Assembly: GCA_050951805.1 (NCBI GenBank) | Contig: JBMNJT010000004.1 | Coordinates: 64,001-128,000 of the forward strand | DNA length: 64,000 nt | Reading direction: 5' to 3' | DNA from: Bacillota bacterium | GTDB taxonomy: Bacteria; Bacillota; DTU025 | The notes under the pieces: generated by a model | Seen by the model: the letters and a program-made list of their open reading frames with translations, nothing else | Told to the model about the DNA's origin: nothing | Database searches by the model: none | In this document: one piece after another, positions 9,743-20,313 of the stretch | Layout of the letters: every line of letters begins with the position of its first letter | How positions within the stretch are numbered: position 1 is the first letter of the stretch | Position numbers and translations under genes: made by a program

Positions 9743-10463
9743 ATTTGTTTATTACCTGAAACAGGGGGCTTGCGAGCTCGGCGTGGCTCTCTCAGAGGCT
9801 CAGATCGAGATGTTTTGTGCTTACAAAACAATGCTTGTCCACGCCAATCGCTTTGTCAACCTCACATCTATCACGGATGACCAGGGGATTGCCGTCAAGC
9901 ACTTCGTTGATTCGCTCAGTTGCCTGCTCGTGGCGGGCACAGAGAATTTCAATAGCTTCGTCGATATTGGCACTGGCGCGGGATTTCCTGGGCTGGTGCT
10001 CAAGATCATGAATCCCGGAGCCCGTGCGCTCCTTGTGGACAGTGTAAGAAAGAAAGTGGATTTCGTGCGTGAGGTAGCAGATTCTTTGGGCCTCGATGGG
10101 GTGGAAGCTCTGCATGGCCGCGCGGAGGACTTCGGTCAGGCTGGAGAATACCGTGAGCAATTCGACCTTGCTGTGGCGCGGGGAGTGGCCAACATGGGTG
10201 TTTTGGCGGAATACTGCCTCCCTTTCGTCAGGCCGGGGGGCCTTTTTGTTGCGATGAAGGGTCCGCGGGTAGTCGATGAAATGGATGCCGGGGGCAAGGC
10301 CATCGAAATACTAGGGGGCAGCCAGGCAATCCTCCGTCACCTTGCGCTTCCTTACGACGCTGGAGAAAGGGTGTTAGTCGCGGTGAGAAAAGAGCGCAAT
10401 ACGCCTGCGAAGTATCCGCGAAAGGCGGGAGCGCCGGCCAGAAAACCTCTGGGTGATGTATAA
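9735..10463 (+). CDS. rsmG: 16S rRNA m7G527 methyltransferase
   Basis: NLTSI, KHFVDSL, DIGTGAGFPG, KYPRKAG. Confidence 0.97.
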   Translation: MDEFVYYLKQGACELGVALSEAQIEMFCAYKTMLVHANRFVNLTSITDDQGIAVKHFVDSLSCLLVAGTENFNSFVDIGTGAGFPGLVLKIMNPGARALLVDSVRKKVDFVREVADSLGLDGVEALHGRAEDFGQAGEYREQFDLAVARGVANMGVLAEYCLPFVRPGGLFVAMKGPRVVDEMDAGGKAIEILGGSQAILRHLALPYDAGERVLVAVRKERNTPAKYPRKAGAPARKPLGDV

Positions 10464-10559
10464 TCACACTTTTGGGCGATGCTGAATCGCCCACTATAGT
10501 GAAGGACATTCTTGCGGCGTGGCGAAGTCATGAACAGCATTCTAAGGAGGCGTAACGCA

Positions 10560-11327
10560 TTGGGCAGGGTCATTGCAGTAGCCAACCAGAAAGGCGGCAC
10601 GGCGAAGACTACGACCGCAGTCAACCTCGGTGCCTATCTTGCGATGGCAGGCAGAAGAATTCTTTTGGTGGACATGGATCCACAGGGAAACGCCAGTTCC
10701 GGGCTGGGTGTTGACAAGCGGGCCGTGGAGTCATGCATTTACAATGTTCTGATCAACGATATTGAGATTGAAAAAGCGATTCTCAACACGGGAGTCCAGG
10801 GGCTTGACATCGTTCCCGCTACGCTCAATTTGGCGGGGGCGGAGGTGGAGATGGTCAGTCTCATGTCGCGTGAGCACAGGCTCAGAAAGGCACTCGAGCC
10901 GGTGAGGGTCATATACGACTACTGTTTAGTGGACTGTCCTCCGTCGTTGGGCCTCCTAACAGTAAATGCGTTAACTGCTTCGGATTCCGTCCTGGTGCCC
11001 ATACAATGTGAGTATTACGCCCTTGAAGGCTTGGGTCAGCTAATGCGGACTATCGAATTGGTGAAACGTCACCTCAACCCGGAGCTAGAGATAGAGGGTA
11101 TTGTAATGACCATGTACGATGCCCGGACGAATCTCTCGCAACAGGTTGTTGAGGATGTGAAGAATAATTCCGGACAGCACGTTTTTGAGGCCGTGATACC
11201 GAGAAATGTGCGCCTGAGCGAAGCTCCGAGCTATGGAGTTCCGATATCTATGTATGATGACAGATCGAAGGGTGCCGAGGCGTATAGAAGTCTGGCCAAC
11301 GAGATTATGCAAAGGGAGGGGGCTTAG
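10560..11327 (+). CDS. parA: Chromosome partitioning ATPase Soj/ParA
   Basis: NQKGGTAKTTT, DMDPQGNA, PRNVRLSEAPS; TTG start after AAGGAGG. Confidence 0.97.
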   Translation: MGRVIAVANQKGGTAKTTTAVNLGAYLAMAGRRILLVDMDPQGNASSGLGVDKRAVESCIYNVLINDIEIEKAILNTGVQGLDIVPATLNLAGAEVEMVSLMSREHRLRKALEPVRVIYDYCLVDCPPSLGLLTVNALTASDSVLVPIQCEYYALEGLGQLMRTIELVKRHLNPELEIEGIVMTMYDARTNLSQQVVEDVKNNSGQHVFEAVIPRNVRLSEAPSYGVPISMYDDRSKGAEAYRSLANEIMQREGA

Positions 11328-11329
11328 CC

Positions 11330-12196
11330 ATGGCGACTAAGCGGGGATTGGGCAAGGGCCTCAATGCAATCATAGGAGAGGCCATGCTCAATGAGGAGTC
11401 GCACGAATTACGGGGTATAGAGATACCGCTGGATCAGTTGACCGCGAACCCCTTCCAACCAAGAGCCGAGTTTGATCCGGACAAGTTGGAGGAACTGGCT
11501 GAATCCATCAGGGCACATGGAGTTCTACAGCCTATAGTGGTAAGGCGGGCTGGCGAGAACTATCAGATCATCGCCGGAGAGAGGCGTTGGCGGGCCGCAC
11601 AGATGGCTGGGTTGCAAACTATCCCTGCGGTCGTCAAGGAACTTGACGATCCTGGAATGATACAGGTGGCGCTCATTGAGAACCTGCAAAGGGAAGACTT
11701 AAACCCGATAGAGGAGGCTTCAGCCTATCGGAAGCTGATGGACGAATTCAGTATGACACAGGAACAGCTATCCGGCACTTTGGGCAAGAGCCGATCGACA
11801 ATAGCTAACGCTGTGAGATTGCTTAATCTCCCCGACGAAATACAGGAGCATGTCTCACGTGGGCGCCTGACAGGAGGGCATGCCCGATGCCTCTTAGCCC
11901 TTGATGACGCCAAGGTGCAGCTGGAGGTAGCAAAGGAAGTCATCGATAAGGGGCTGACGGTTCGTCAAACAGAGGAACTAGTGAGAAGGCTAGTGAAAAA
12001 TGTTTCACGTGAAACAATTGAACAGGCTCCACAGGTGCCCGACCCGGATGTGGTAGCTATCATAAGGCACCTGAGCGAAAGGCTCGGGACGAAGGTGAAA
12101 ATAACCGGGTCCTCGGGCAAGGGCAAGGTAGAGATAGAGTATTATTCAGAAGACGATCTAGGAAGGATTCTCGATATCATTCTTGGCATTGCTTGA
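11330..12196 (+). CDS. parB: ParB/Spo0J partitioning protein
   Basis: GLGKGL, NPFQPR, AGERRWRA, ENLQREDL. Confidence 0.97.
   Translation: MATKRGLGKGLNAIIGEAMLNEESHELRGIEIPLDQLTANPFQPRAEFDPDKLEELAESIRAHGVLQPIVVRRAGENYQIIAGERRWRAAQMAGLQTIPAVVKELDDPGMIQVALIENLQREDLNPIEEASAYRKLMDEFSMTQEQLSGTLGKSRSTIANAVRLLNLPDEIQEHVSRGRLTGGHARCLLALDDAKVQLEVAKEVIDKGLTVRQTEELVRRLVKNVSRETIEQAPQVPDPDVVAIIRHLSERLGTKVKITGSSGKGKVEIEYYSEDDLGRILDIILGIA
12001..12016. promoter_or_regulatory. parS site inside parB
   Basis: Perfect palindrome TGTTTCACGTGAAACA. Confidence 0.95.
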
Positions 12197-12789
12197 CTGC
12201 AACGCCGGTGGAAGGAAAGTTGATGGACTGGAGGAGGGACCGGGGCCTCGTGGGGCCTGGGCTTGATATGGAACAAAGTGCAGTAATTGGCCTCATCTGT
12301 GCACAACAGCAGCTCGTGCCAATGATTCTATCAATTATTCTATTGATAAGCGTGGTTGTTTTTATCAATGCAACGAACAGGATCAGACGTCTGGAGAAGG
12401 CATACCGCTCTTTGCTCGGGACGGAGAGCGAAGAGAAGGATATAGAACAGATAATCATGGAATACATTCGCAAGACGGACATGCTTCAGGACCAACTTGA
12501 TGAGACTCGAAAGGAATTGGAGCGCGCACAAGATGCGGCTCTAGCTTACATACAGAAGGTCGGCATTGTTCGATATGATGCTTTTGACGATACAGGCGGA
12601 GAGCAAAGTTTTTCCATGGCATTGCTGGACGCCAATGCTAACGGCGTCGTTGTGAGTGGGCTGTCGGGGCGTGAGGAGACTCGTGTCTATGCCAAACCCG
12701 TTAAGGGCGGGCGTTCCCCTCATACGTTATCTGATGAGGAAATACAGGCTATTGCTAGAGCCATTGAATCATCCAAAGAGAAACTATAG
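12193..12789 (+). CDS. DUF4446 family protein (true start probably ATG 12268)
   Basis: TM helix plus QKVGIVRYDAF..GGEQSFSMALLD..YAKPV; usual parB neighbour in clostridia. Confidence 0.85.
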   Translation: MTATPVEGKLMDWRRDRGLVGPGLDMEQSAVIGLICAQQQLVPMILSIILLISVVVFINATNRIRRLEKAYRSLLGTESEEKDIEQIIMEYIRKTDMLQDQLDETRKELERAQDAALAYIQKVGIVRYDAFDDTGGEQSFSMALLDANANGVVVSGLSGREETRVYAKPVKGGRSPHTLSDEEIQAIARAIESSKEKL

Positions 12790-12955
12790 TGCCCATGAAG
12801 GCGAACTGAACGAAAGTCGGGAAATCGGGAATCATTAATGGAAGATGTTGCAGGAAATCGGATTCATATGGCGAATATGTCCGTGATGTTGGTGTCTGCC
12901 AGGGGGCAGACTTCTTCTTGAGTCATCTTGAACGGGTTCGAAAGGGGGGCGACCG

Positions 12956-14020
12956 GTGCAGCAAAGGTTCGTTCGGCGAGTTCCTGCCCGGAAGCGCCAA
13001 GGGTCCCTTACAGTCATCGCCATTCCATCCTCGGGAGAACCTCCAAGGTCGGTTGGCATTCCGACGCAGATGCTCGCGATCTGCGCTGCAGCACTAATAG
13101 GGGTAATTGGCATATTCGTGATCTCGTATTTGAACATGAGCCGAGGGATTGCGACGCTCAATGAGGCAAAGATGGACAGCGACAATGCCATTGAGCAATT
13201 GCTTTCAGAGAATCAGACGCTCAAGCTTGAGAAGCAAGAGCGACTTGCCAAAATGCAGGAACTTGCGAGCAAGACACAGATGTTGGAAGCGACAGTGAGC
13301 CGGATTGCTGACGAGAAGGCGGAGATATGGGCGATAGTGAAAGGTTCGGATGCGGCCCAAAAGAACGCTTCATCAAGCAATGCGGTTTCATCTAGGGGTG
13401 GAGCTTCGAGAGGTGGCGCTCCCGGGGCAGAAAGGGAATCCCCTGAGGCGGTGCTCGATGCCGTGGCAAATGCCCCGGCCGTAGATGTCGGCGCCGACGC
13501 TTTCGATGGAGAGCAGTATCTTGTGGAGACGATGGCAGAAGAACTTGAAATGTTGTTGGTTGCAACGTCGGCGATGCAAAAAGATCTGTCGGACTTGCGC
13601 GTCTCCGCTGAGACCTATCGCTCCAAGTTGGACCACACGCCGTCTGGATGGCCTGTCAACGGGCGAATCACATCAGCGTACGGCAACAGGCGGCATCCGA
13701 TACTGCGGATTACTCGCTTTCATGAGGGCGTTGACATTGCGGCGACGCATGGCACGCCAATAGTGGCTGCCGCCGATGGAGTAGTAGTCTTGTCTGGCTG
13801 GTCCGGCGGGTATGGCAATGCTGTAGAGATTTCACATGGCTTCAATTGCAGCACCTTTTATGCCCACAACTCGCGGAATGTGGTGAAGGTAGGGCAGAAG
13901 GTGAAGAAAGGGCAGATAATTGCCTATGTGGGCAGCACTGGCTTGAGCACTGGGCCGCACTGTCATTATGAGGTGCGAATAGGAGGGCGTCACGTGGATC
14001 CCGCGCCATACATGAAATAG
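12956..14020 (+). CDS. M23 family peptidoglycan endopeptidase with coiled coil
   Basis: HEGVD, YAHN, STGPHCHYEV. Confidence 0.93.
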   Translation: MQQRFVRRVPARKRQGSLTVIAIPSSGEPPRSVGIPTQMLAICAAALIGVIGIFVISYLNMSRGIATLNEAKMDSDNAIEQLLSENQTLKLEKQERLAKMQELASKTQMLEATVSRIADEKAEIWAIVKGSDAAQKNASSSNAVSSRGGASRGGAPGAERESPEAVLDAVANAPAVDVGADAFDGEQYLVETMAEELEMLLVATSAMQKDLSDLRVSAETYRSKLDHTPSGWPVNGRITSAYGNRRHPILRITRFHEGVDIAATHGTPIVAAADGVVVLSGWSGGYGNAVEISHGFNCSTFYAHNSRNVVKVGQKVKKGQIIAYVGSTGLSTGPHCHYEVRIGGRHVDPAPYMK

Positions 14021-14055
14021 AGCGCTTTAGCACAGACTTAGCAGGAGGGGATCGC

Positions 14056-14475
14056 ATGTTTCGTAGAAGGCCGGAGAAGGCGCCTGGCGCGGCAAGGATC
14101 GATACTTACATAGGCAAGGGTACCACGGTCGAGGGCTCCATCGAGGCGAGCGGGTCGGTGCGGATAGATGGCTTTGTAAAGGGCACACTGCGCGTGGATG
14201 GCGACCTCATAATTGGGGCCGACGGCGTAGTGGTGGCGTCTGTAACCGCGGCCAATGTTACCGTAGCCGGTGAACTCAGGGGTGAAGTGGATAGTCCCGG
14301 AAGATTGGACATAGCACCCACTGGCCAGATGTTGGGTGATGTCATCGTCGGATCCTTGAATGTGGATGATGGCGCTTTGTTTCTTGGGCAGTGCAACATG
14401 AAGGACGAGGTTCGGTCCCAACCGAAGGTCCTGGCAGCTCCAGATGACAGCGGAAACTCCGATTCTCAGCAGTAG
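14056..14475 (+). CDS. Bactofilin (polymer-forming cytoskeletal protein)
   Basis: TYIGKGTTVEG..RIDG..G beta-helix repeats; adjacent to M23 peptidase. Confidence 0.92.
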   Translation: MFRRRPEKAPGAARIDTYIGKGTTVEGSIEASGSVRIDGFVKGTLRVDGDLIIGADGVVVASVTAANVTVAGELRGEVDSPGRLDIAPTGQMLGDVIVGSLNVDDGALFLGQCNMKDEVRSQPKVLAAPDDSGNSDSQQ

Positions 14476-14580
14476 CCGGCTTGAGGAAATAATGTGGGAT
14501 CGTTGGGGGTAAGCAATCCTTTGGAAGGTGCTTGCCCTCTTTTGATATGCAGCAAATTGAATCGAATGGGAGGGTTGTCA

Positions 14581-15228
14581 GTGCAGTTTCGTGACAGAGC
14601 CGAAGCTGGGGCTCTTTTGGGGAGACGGTTGCAGCAAGAAACATGGAATGACCCAATTGTCCTGGCCTTGCCGCGCGGAGGCGTTCCCGTTGCAGAGTGT
14701 GTAGCTGATGCCATCGGTGGAGAGTTGGGAGTAGTTGTAACGAGAAAGATCGGTGCACCACATAACCGTGAGTTGGCCATAGGCGCTGTAGATCCTGACG
14801 GGAGGACGATTATAGATTCACGCATTGTGCAGGCACTGGCTGTAGATGACTCCTACATCCGCGCCGAAACATCACGGCAATTGCAGGAGATTGAGCGGAG
14901 GATGGCAGAATACTGCGAGAATGGAGACGTGCCAAATCGGAAGGCCCGCGATGTGGTGCTTGTTGATGACGGCATTGCCACGGGATACACGATTCTGGCT
15001 GCCGCAAGGTACGTGCGGCGCCACGGTCCAGCGCGTACAGTGATTGCCACGCCAGTCTGCCCGCCCGATGTTTTTAGCAAGCTCCAGGAAGAGGCGGACA
15101 TGGTAGTGAGCTTGCTGCTCCCGGCGCATTTCATAGCCGTGGGGCAATTCTATGAAGATTTCTCGCAGGTATCGGATGCAGATGTGCGCAACATCTTGAC
15201 TCGCGTTCACACAAAAGGTAGTTGCTGA
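14581..15228 (+). CDS. Phosphoribosyltransferase family protein
   Basis: FRDRAEAG, LALPRGGVPVA, LVDDGIATG. Confidence 0.9.
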   Translation: MQFRDRAEAGALLGRRLQQETWNDPIVLALPRGGVPVAECVADAIGGELGVVVTRKIGAPHNRELAIGAVDPDGRTIIDSRIVQALAVDDSYIRAETSRQLQEIERRMAEYCENGDVPNRKARDVVLVDDGIATGYTILAAARYVRRHGPARTVIATPVCPPDVFSKLQEEADMVVSLLLPAHFIAVGQFYEDFSQVSDADVRNILTRVHTKGSC

Positions 15229-15852
15229 TCATGTTTTCTGGTCCTCGCTGGTTAAGTAGTTCACGATCCCACCTGCTATTGCCTGAGCCATCCGTATTAC
15301 CAGGGACAGACGGGTGTTCTGAAGCACCAGATACTCCATGAACCCACCAACGTTGACTATTCCTGTAATGTGCGCATCGCCTATTGGGGGAAGGTCCTTG
15401 TTTACCCCGGTTCCAGGCTTGAGTGGTCCTTCGGCAACGGTGATGTAGCCGACACTTCCAAGCTTGCCGAGGCAAGCATCGACTGCAAGAAGTCTGCATC
15501 TGCCCGGCTGTGCGGGACTGATTTGGACAATGATGTCGGAGAGGTTGCCTGCATGGACAGGGTTCTCCAAGGTGCCTATTACTTTGACGGATTCGTGGAT
15601 TATCTGACGCTCAGCAAGATTGGAACCGACTAAGGGTCCTAGCGCGTCCCCTGTTGATCTGTCAGTACCGACGCATACGATGATAAGGCTGGGTGCGTTC
15701 GGACCTGGAGGAGCCCCCAAATTTGCCAGAAGAGCCTGCGCAAGGGAACTGCTCACATCAGGCGTGTCGACGTGGGCTCTGAAGGGTGTCTTCTCTCGGT
15801 GCGCCAGTGCAGGTTGACAGGTTTCGGCCATGGCGTCAAAGCTGCTATCCAT
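15229..15852 (-). CDS. yyaC: Spore protease YyaC
   Basis: CVGTDRSTGDALGPLVG, PVHAGN, LQNTRL. Confidence 0.93.
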   Translation of the reverse strand: MDSSFDAMAETCQPALAHREKTPFRAHVDTPDVSSSLAQALLANLGAPPGPNAPSLIIVCVGTDRSTGDALGPLVGSNLAERQIIHESVKVIGTLENPVHAGNLSDIIVQISPAQPGRCRLLAVDACLGKLGSVGYITVAEGPLKPGTGVNKDLPPIGDAHITGIVNVGGFMEYLVLQNTRLSLVIRMAQAIAGGIVNYLTSEDQKT

Positions 15853-16370
15853 TTTGCGACCCCACACCTCCCTTGTCTGAGCGCCGTTTCGCAGCAATGG
15901 ACGGGAATGATTCTCTAGGTTGCGGCATTTGAAGTATATGAGTGTGCTGCCCCTTATATGTGGTCTGCGGGGTACGCTTGTCCACGATGCAATCGCCTAC
16001 AGGATGGTACGCAGAAGTTGGAGCGAAAAAGCGTCTGGCAACAGAAGGAGAATCATTCGCGCAAGGGGAAATTGGCACCTTGAGGCTTTTCCCGGACTGC
16101 ATCTATCTATAGCGCGGAACGGCTGTACACGGCCGGCCAATAGCGGGAAACTAGTAAAGAGCCGGTGCTACTGTCAGGCGTGAGCTGAGGGGCACGCATT
16201 GTTCTTGCGGCTAGGGTTTGAATCTTAGACCAAGTCAGGCTGCCAAAAAGCAATCACCGCGGCGATAAGCGCATTCATCAAGCCATAGCGCCTGTTGACT
16301 CTAACTGCAGCTCTCGAAAGCCGCCTTATCTTCTCTTTGGGGTTAGAAGCTATGAAATGCGGCTTTACCT

Positions 16371-16399
16371 TTGTGGATGCTGTAGTTGACCAGTATAAT
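16371..16399 (+). promoter_or_regulatory. Putative sigma-A promoter
   Basis: TTGTGG-17 bp-TATAAT(16394-16399), about 490 bp upstream of the next CDS. Confidence 0.5.
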
Positions 16400-16887
16400 G
16401 TGAATCCGCCTGTCGGGTAGTAGGAAACGACGTATTCAAGGAACTCAAGCTAACCCACTCTATCGGATTGATGGTGGACGTAGCCGCCTTTGCGGATATT
16501 GAGACCGTAGGAATCCGGGTTTGATTACTGCATAGCCCTCATAGCCGCCAGAAGACCAAGGTCGTATCTTATCCCGGACGAGAACGAGGTTTCCAGACAC
16601 TATGGAACTCGGGGGCCCCTTTTGTGGCGTAAATCGTGGCCAAACGACGTCGATGCCGTCTTTTGATATGACATGAGGTGGATGTGTGCTGCATGGCCTT
16701 AACTGTTGAAATCTCGTAATCATTTTGGCCTCAAAAGCGCCACCTGGCCGGAGGCGGGCCTCCTTTCAGGGCAGGCCTGGCGCGATGGTTTGTGCCCGGG
16801 TTCGCATGGCGTGCAAGGGTGTTCACTTTTGTGGTAATATTGGTCACAACCTTACCCTATTCATATTGCGGAGGCAAGAGATTTCTT

Positions 16888-18318
16888 ATGCGTATTGATA
16901 CTAGTGGGAAGCGGAAGACAATACTCCTGGCGCTCATCTTTGTCGCGGCTGTGGCTGCAGGCATGTGCCTGGGTGCGAGGGGCGCCGTAGTGGCAGCGCT
17001 CTTCGACAATGAGCGCATATGCCGGGGGGTGTCGATTGACGGCGTCAGTGTCGGAGATCTTACTGTCTCCGAGGCTCGTTCGCGCCTGGAAGAACTCGTT
17101 CGGGAGTATGAGGAGTCTCCGATCTCAATGAGGTGCCAAGACGCTATCTGGCGTGTTAACCCTGGCGATCTTGGGGTTAGGATCGAGTTCGAAGCCGCCC
17201 TGAGGGCTGCTCATAGCTTGGGGCGGTCTGGTCACTTCTGCGAAAGGATCGCTGAGAGAGCGTCAATATCTCGGTCGGGTTACGACATTAGCTGGACTGT
17301 GACAGTCGATGAGCAGCTGCTCCGAGACTTTGTTTTTGCCATGGCGCAGCAGGTTGAGACTGCTCCCGTAGATGCAAGGCTCGTCATACATGACGATGAC
17401 CGTGTTTCCATCGAGCCGGATTCAGATGGCTGGCTGTTGGACACGGTCGAGTTCATCAATGCGCTAAGGAAGGCCACTACGTCTCGGTCGCCACGGGAGT
17501 TGGAGATTCCTGTGAGGCGCATGCCTGCAAAATGTAGCACAGCATCCATCGAAGCCAAGGGCATTCGCCGCCTGATATCTGCATATACAACTAAGTTCGA
17601 CGCGAGAAAAACCAATCGGGTGAATAACATCAGGCTTGGGGCACAAAAACTGAACAATAGGATGCTTGCTCCCGGCGAGGTGATGTCCTTCAACGACGTG
17701 GTTGGTCCGAGGATCCCCGAGAGAGGGTTCATGGAAGCGGACATAATCTTCGATTCCCAGCTTGTTCCCGGGGTTGGCGGCGGCATATGTCAGGTTTCAA
17801 CTACGCTATACAACGCTGCATTGCTCGGGCTGATGGAGCCCGTGTCCCGCACAAACCATTCATTGCCGATAAGCTATGTGTCTATGGGAAGAGATGCTGC
17901 CGTTTCGTACGGATCCATCGATCTCAAGATTAAGAACACGACCGCCCACTATGTCTTGATACGATCGTATGTCGGGAGTGACACTGTTTCGTTCAAGATT
18001 TACGGGGATATGCCCGACAACATGGATGTAAGCATATACACGGAGGTTGTAGAGAGGCTCGAACCCAGCACAATAGAACGAGTTGATTATCTGGCGCCCC
18101 CGGGATCTGCGAGGGTGGAAAGTGATGGAAAGCCTGGCTACGTCGTGTCAGTATGGCGCATTATCAAGGTCGACGGTGTCGAGGCTAGGAGAGAGCTGAT
18201 ATCTCGGGATCGCTACAAGCCTCAACCTAAGGTAGTAGTGCTTGGTCCGACTGCCGCGCCAACAGCGACCGAACCGGAACCGAGTCTGCCTTCGATAGTG
18301 GATCCACCACAGGGATAG
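16888..18318 (+). CDS. VanW family protein with PG-binding and G5 domains
   Basis: RVNNIRL, SFNDVVGPR, GGGICQVSTTLYNA, GRDAAV. Confidence 0.92.
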   Translation: MRIDTSGKRKTILLALIFVAAVAAGMCLGARGAVVAALFDNERICRGVSIDGVSVGDLTVSEARSRLEELVREYEESPISMRCQDAIWRVNPGDLGVRIEFEAALRAAHSLGRSGHFCERIAERASISRSGYDISWTVTVDEQLLRDFVFAMAQQVETAPVDARLVIHDDDRVSIEPDSDGWLLDTVEFINALRKATTSRSPRELEIPVRRMPAKCSTASIEAKGIRRLISAYTTKFDARKTNRVNNIRLGAQKLNNRMLAPGEVMSFNDVVGPRIPERGFMEADIIFDSQLVPGVGGGICQVSTTLYNAALLGLMEPVSRTNHSLPISYVSMGRDAAVSYGSIDLKIKNTTAHYVLIRSYVGSDTVSFKIYGDMPDNMDVSIYTEVVERLEPSTIERVDYLAPPGSARVESDGKPGYVVSVWRIIKVDGVEARRELISRDRYKPQPKVVVLGPTAAPTATEPEPSLPSIVDPPQG

Positions 18319-18348
18319 AAGAATGGCTGTGCATGGAGCTGAAATGTT

Positions 18349-18846
18349 ATGACACGTGTGCTTCTTGCCGTAGAAATAGCGAGTTTCATCCTTATGGGCT
18401 TCGTAATAGGCAGCTATGTCGATTCAAAGCAAGGGACTAGGCCATGGGGAACGATAATCGGCTTTCTTGTGGGTCTGTTTTTGGGCGTGATGAGCGTGCG
18501 CCGAGCAATCGATGAGATCTCGTCTCGGGCTGTTGCGGGGGAGGGCCCGAAAGTCGTAAAGGTTGTTCGCCGCCCCATTAGTGTCCGGGCAGATGAAGCA
18601 AGCGGGGATCCCAAAGCCTTTTATTACCGGGGGACGGAGCACAAAGTGGAGGCGGTCATGAGCAAATGGAGGGATTTCACTTCTTCCGATAAAGCTATGT
18701 TGGGCGGAAAGCGGAAGGAGAGGGACTGGTGGTTGAACGGATGCGGAAAGGTGAACTACAGGATAAGAACTGAGGATGGAAGAGTCTTTGATCTACAATA
18801 TGACGAGAGGAAATCAGAATGGATTCTCGACAAGTTTCTGGAATGA
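18349..18846 (+). CDS. AtpZ/AtpI-like membrane hairpin fused to a DUF6504-like domain
   Basis: N-term GFVIGSYVDSKQGTRPWGTIIGFLVG; C-term PKAFYYRG..V..V...W...WW..NYRIRTEDGRVFDLQYD...W.L. Confidence 0.65.
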   Translation: MTRVLLAVEIASFILMGFVIGSYVDSKQGTRPWGTIIGFLVGLFLGVMSVRRAIDEISSRAVAGEGPKVVKVVRRPISVRADEASGDPKAFYYRGTEHKVEAVMSKWRDFTSSDKAMLGGKRKERDWWLNGCGKVNYRIRTEDGRVFDLQYDERKSEWILDKFLE

Positions 18847-19430
18847 CATGCTGTGAAAAAGAGACGGATAATGGCGATGGCGGGTCTAAATCGGCGTCAT
18901 TATGGGACATGTTCTGGACATTCTTCAGAATAGGTGCGTTTACCATAGGCGGGGGATATGTGATGGTTCCCTTAATTCAGAAGGACGTGGTTGACAGGAA
19001 GGGTTGGGTCACCAAGGATGAATTCATCGATGCGCTAGCAATTGCGCAGACGGCACCCGGCCCGATAGCCGTCAATACGTCCGTATATGTAGGCTATGCG
19101 CTAAGGGGTTTTGCGGGTGCCGCAGCATCTGTAGCAGGCTGCATCATTCCATCTATAATAATAATCTTGATGATAGCATCGGTCTTCGATCGAATCTCCT
19201 CGCTAGATGTGGTCCAGGCGATTTTCTCTGGCATACGCCCAGCTGTTGCAGTCCTTATCGCATCCGCTGCCATAAAACTAGGAAAACCGGTGATCCGCTC
19301 CGCCGGAGAATTGGCGATAGCCGCGGCTGCGGCGATAATGGTTTCTTTGCTTCATATCAGCCCTGCGCTGGTGGTTGTCATTGCTGCATTGGCAGGTCTT
19401 CTGACCGGGATTGGAGGAGATTCAAGATGA
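18843..19430 (+). CDS. Chromate transporter, short chain subunit 1
   Basis: FFRIGAFTIGGGY, AQTAPGPIAVN. Confidence 0.92.
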   Translation: MTCCEKETDNGDGGSKSASLWDMFWTFFRIGAFTIGGGYVMVPLIQKDVVDRKGWVTKDEFIDALAIAQTAPGPIAVNTSVYVGYALRGFAGAAASVAGCIIPSIIIILMIASVFDRISSLDVVQAIFSGIRPAVAVLIASAAIKLGKPVIRSAGELAIAAAAAIMVSLLHISPALVVVIAALAGLLTGIGGDSR

Positions 19431-19948
19431 ACCTCCTCCACATATACCTCAGTTTTGCCAAGGTTGGGCTTTTCACGTTCGGCGGCGGGTATGCTATGCT
19501 GCCGCTGATTGAATCTGACATTATTCAAAAGCGCGGCTGGTTGACTATGGCGGAATTCACGGACATGGTCGCAATTGCCGAGGTTACACCCGGGCCCATA
19601 GCCGTGAATAGCGCCACGTTTGTAGGGTACAAGCTTGCCGGGATAATAGGTGGAATCGTAGCTACACTAGGCGTCATAACCCCATCAATAGTCATTGTCT
19701 TGGCTCTTGCTGCTCTTGTTAGAAAATATGAGCGCACCGCCACGCTTAGTAGGATCAAGGTCGGCATGCGACCGGCTGTTGCGGGCCTGATAGCTGCCGC
19801 AGCAATATCCGTAGCAAAGGTGTCGATGGCTGAACCTCGTTCATATGCAGTAGCCGCTGCAGCAGCGGTCATGGTTTTTGTAGGCAAGATTGACCCCATC
19901 CTGGTCCTTGCTGTATGCGGGATTCTGGGAGCGCTCATCTTTTTCTGA
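19427..19948 (+). CDS. Chromate transporter, short chain subunit 2
   Basis: KVGLFTFGGGY, VTPGPIAVNSATFVG. Confidence 0.92.
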   Translation: MNLLHIYLSFAKVGLFTFGGGYAMLPLIESDIIQKRGWLTMAEFTDMVAIAEVTPGPIAVNSATFVGYKLAGIIGGIVATLGVITPSIVIVLALAALVRKYERTATLSRIKVGMRPAVAGLIAAAAISVAKVSMAEPRSYAVAAAAAVMVFVGKIDPILVLAVCGILGALIFF

Positions 19949-20313
19949 GTCTGACTATAACGATGCAGGTGCGCCCTTGCCAACGGAAAAATGGGCTCAT
20001 CACGGTCTCAAGGAGTCTCCACATATCGCATCCCTCCCGATGATTCCAGGGCCGCGCGACGGCTGCATTTCATTATATTTTTCGTGCAGCCGAAAGTGAT
20101 GGCATGGGGCATATTAAAGCAAGTCAGCAGTTTGTTGATTGCCCAGGATGATTCGCCGCTTTACACGGCCTGGCAGAGAGCGAGCGTCTGGAAGCGGCTT
20201 GAAGGGGCGGCTAGGTTATGGCCGCGAGGATCGCAAAAGCGTGCCAAACTCATATGAGAGGAGGGAAGGGTGGCACATTTCCGGAAATCCCGGAAATGCA
20301 CCGCCAGATATCC

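Noticed and set aside
11851-11866. Additional parS inside parB
   Set aside because: TGTCTCACGTGGGCGC has too many mismatches in the right half.
16400-16460. c-di-AMP (ydaO) riboswitch upstream of vanW
   Set aside because: GTGAATCC and AGCTAACC echo the consensus, but the 5' half and pseudo-symmetric core are missing.
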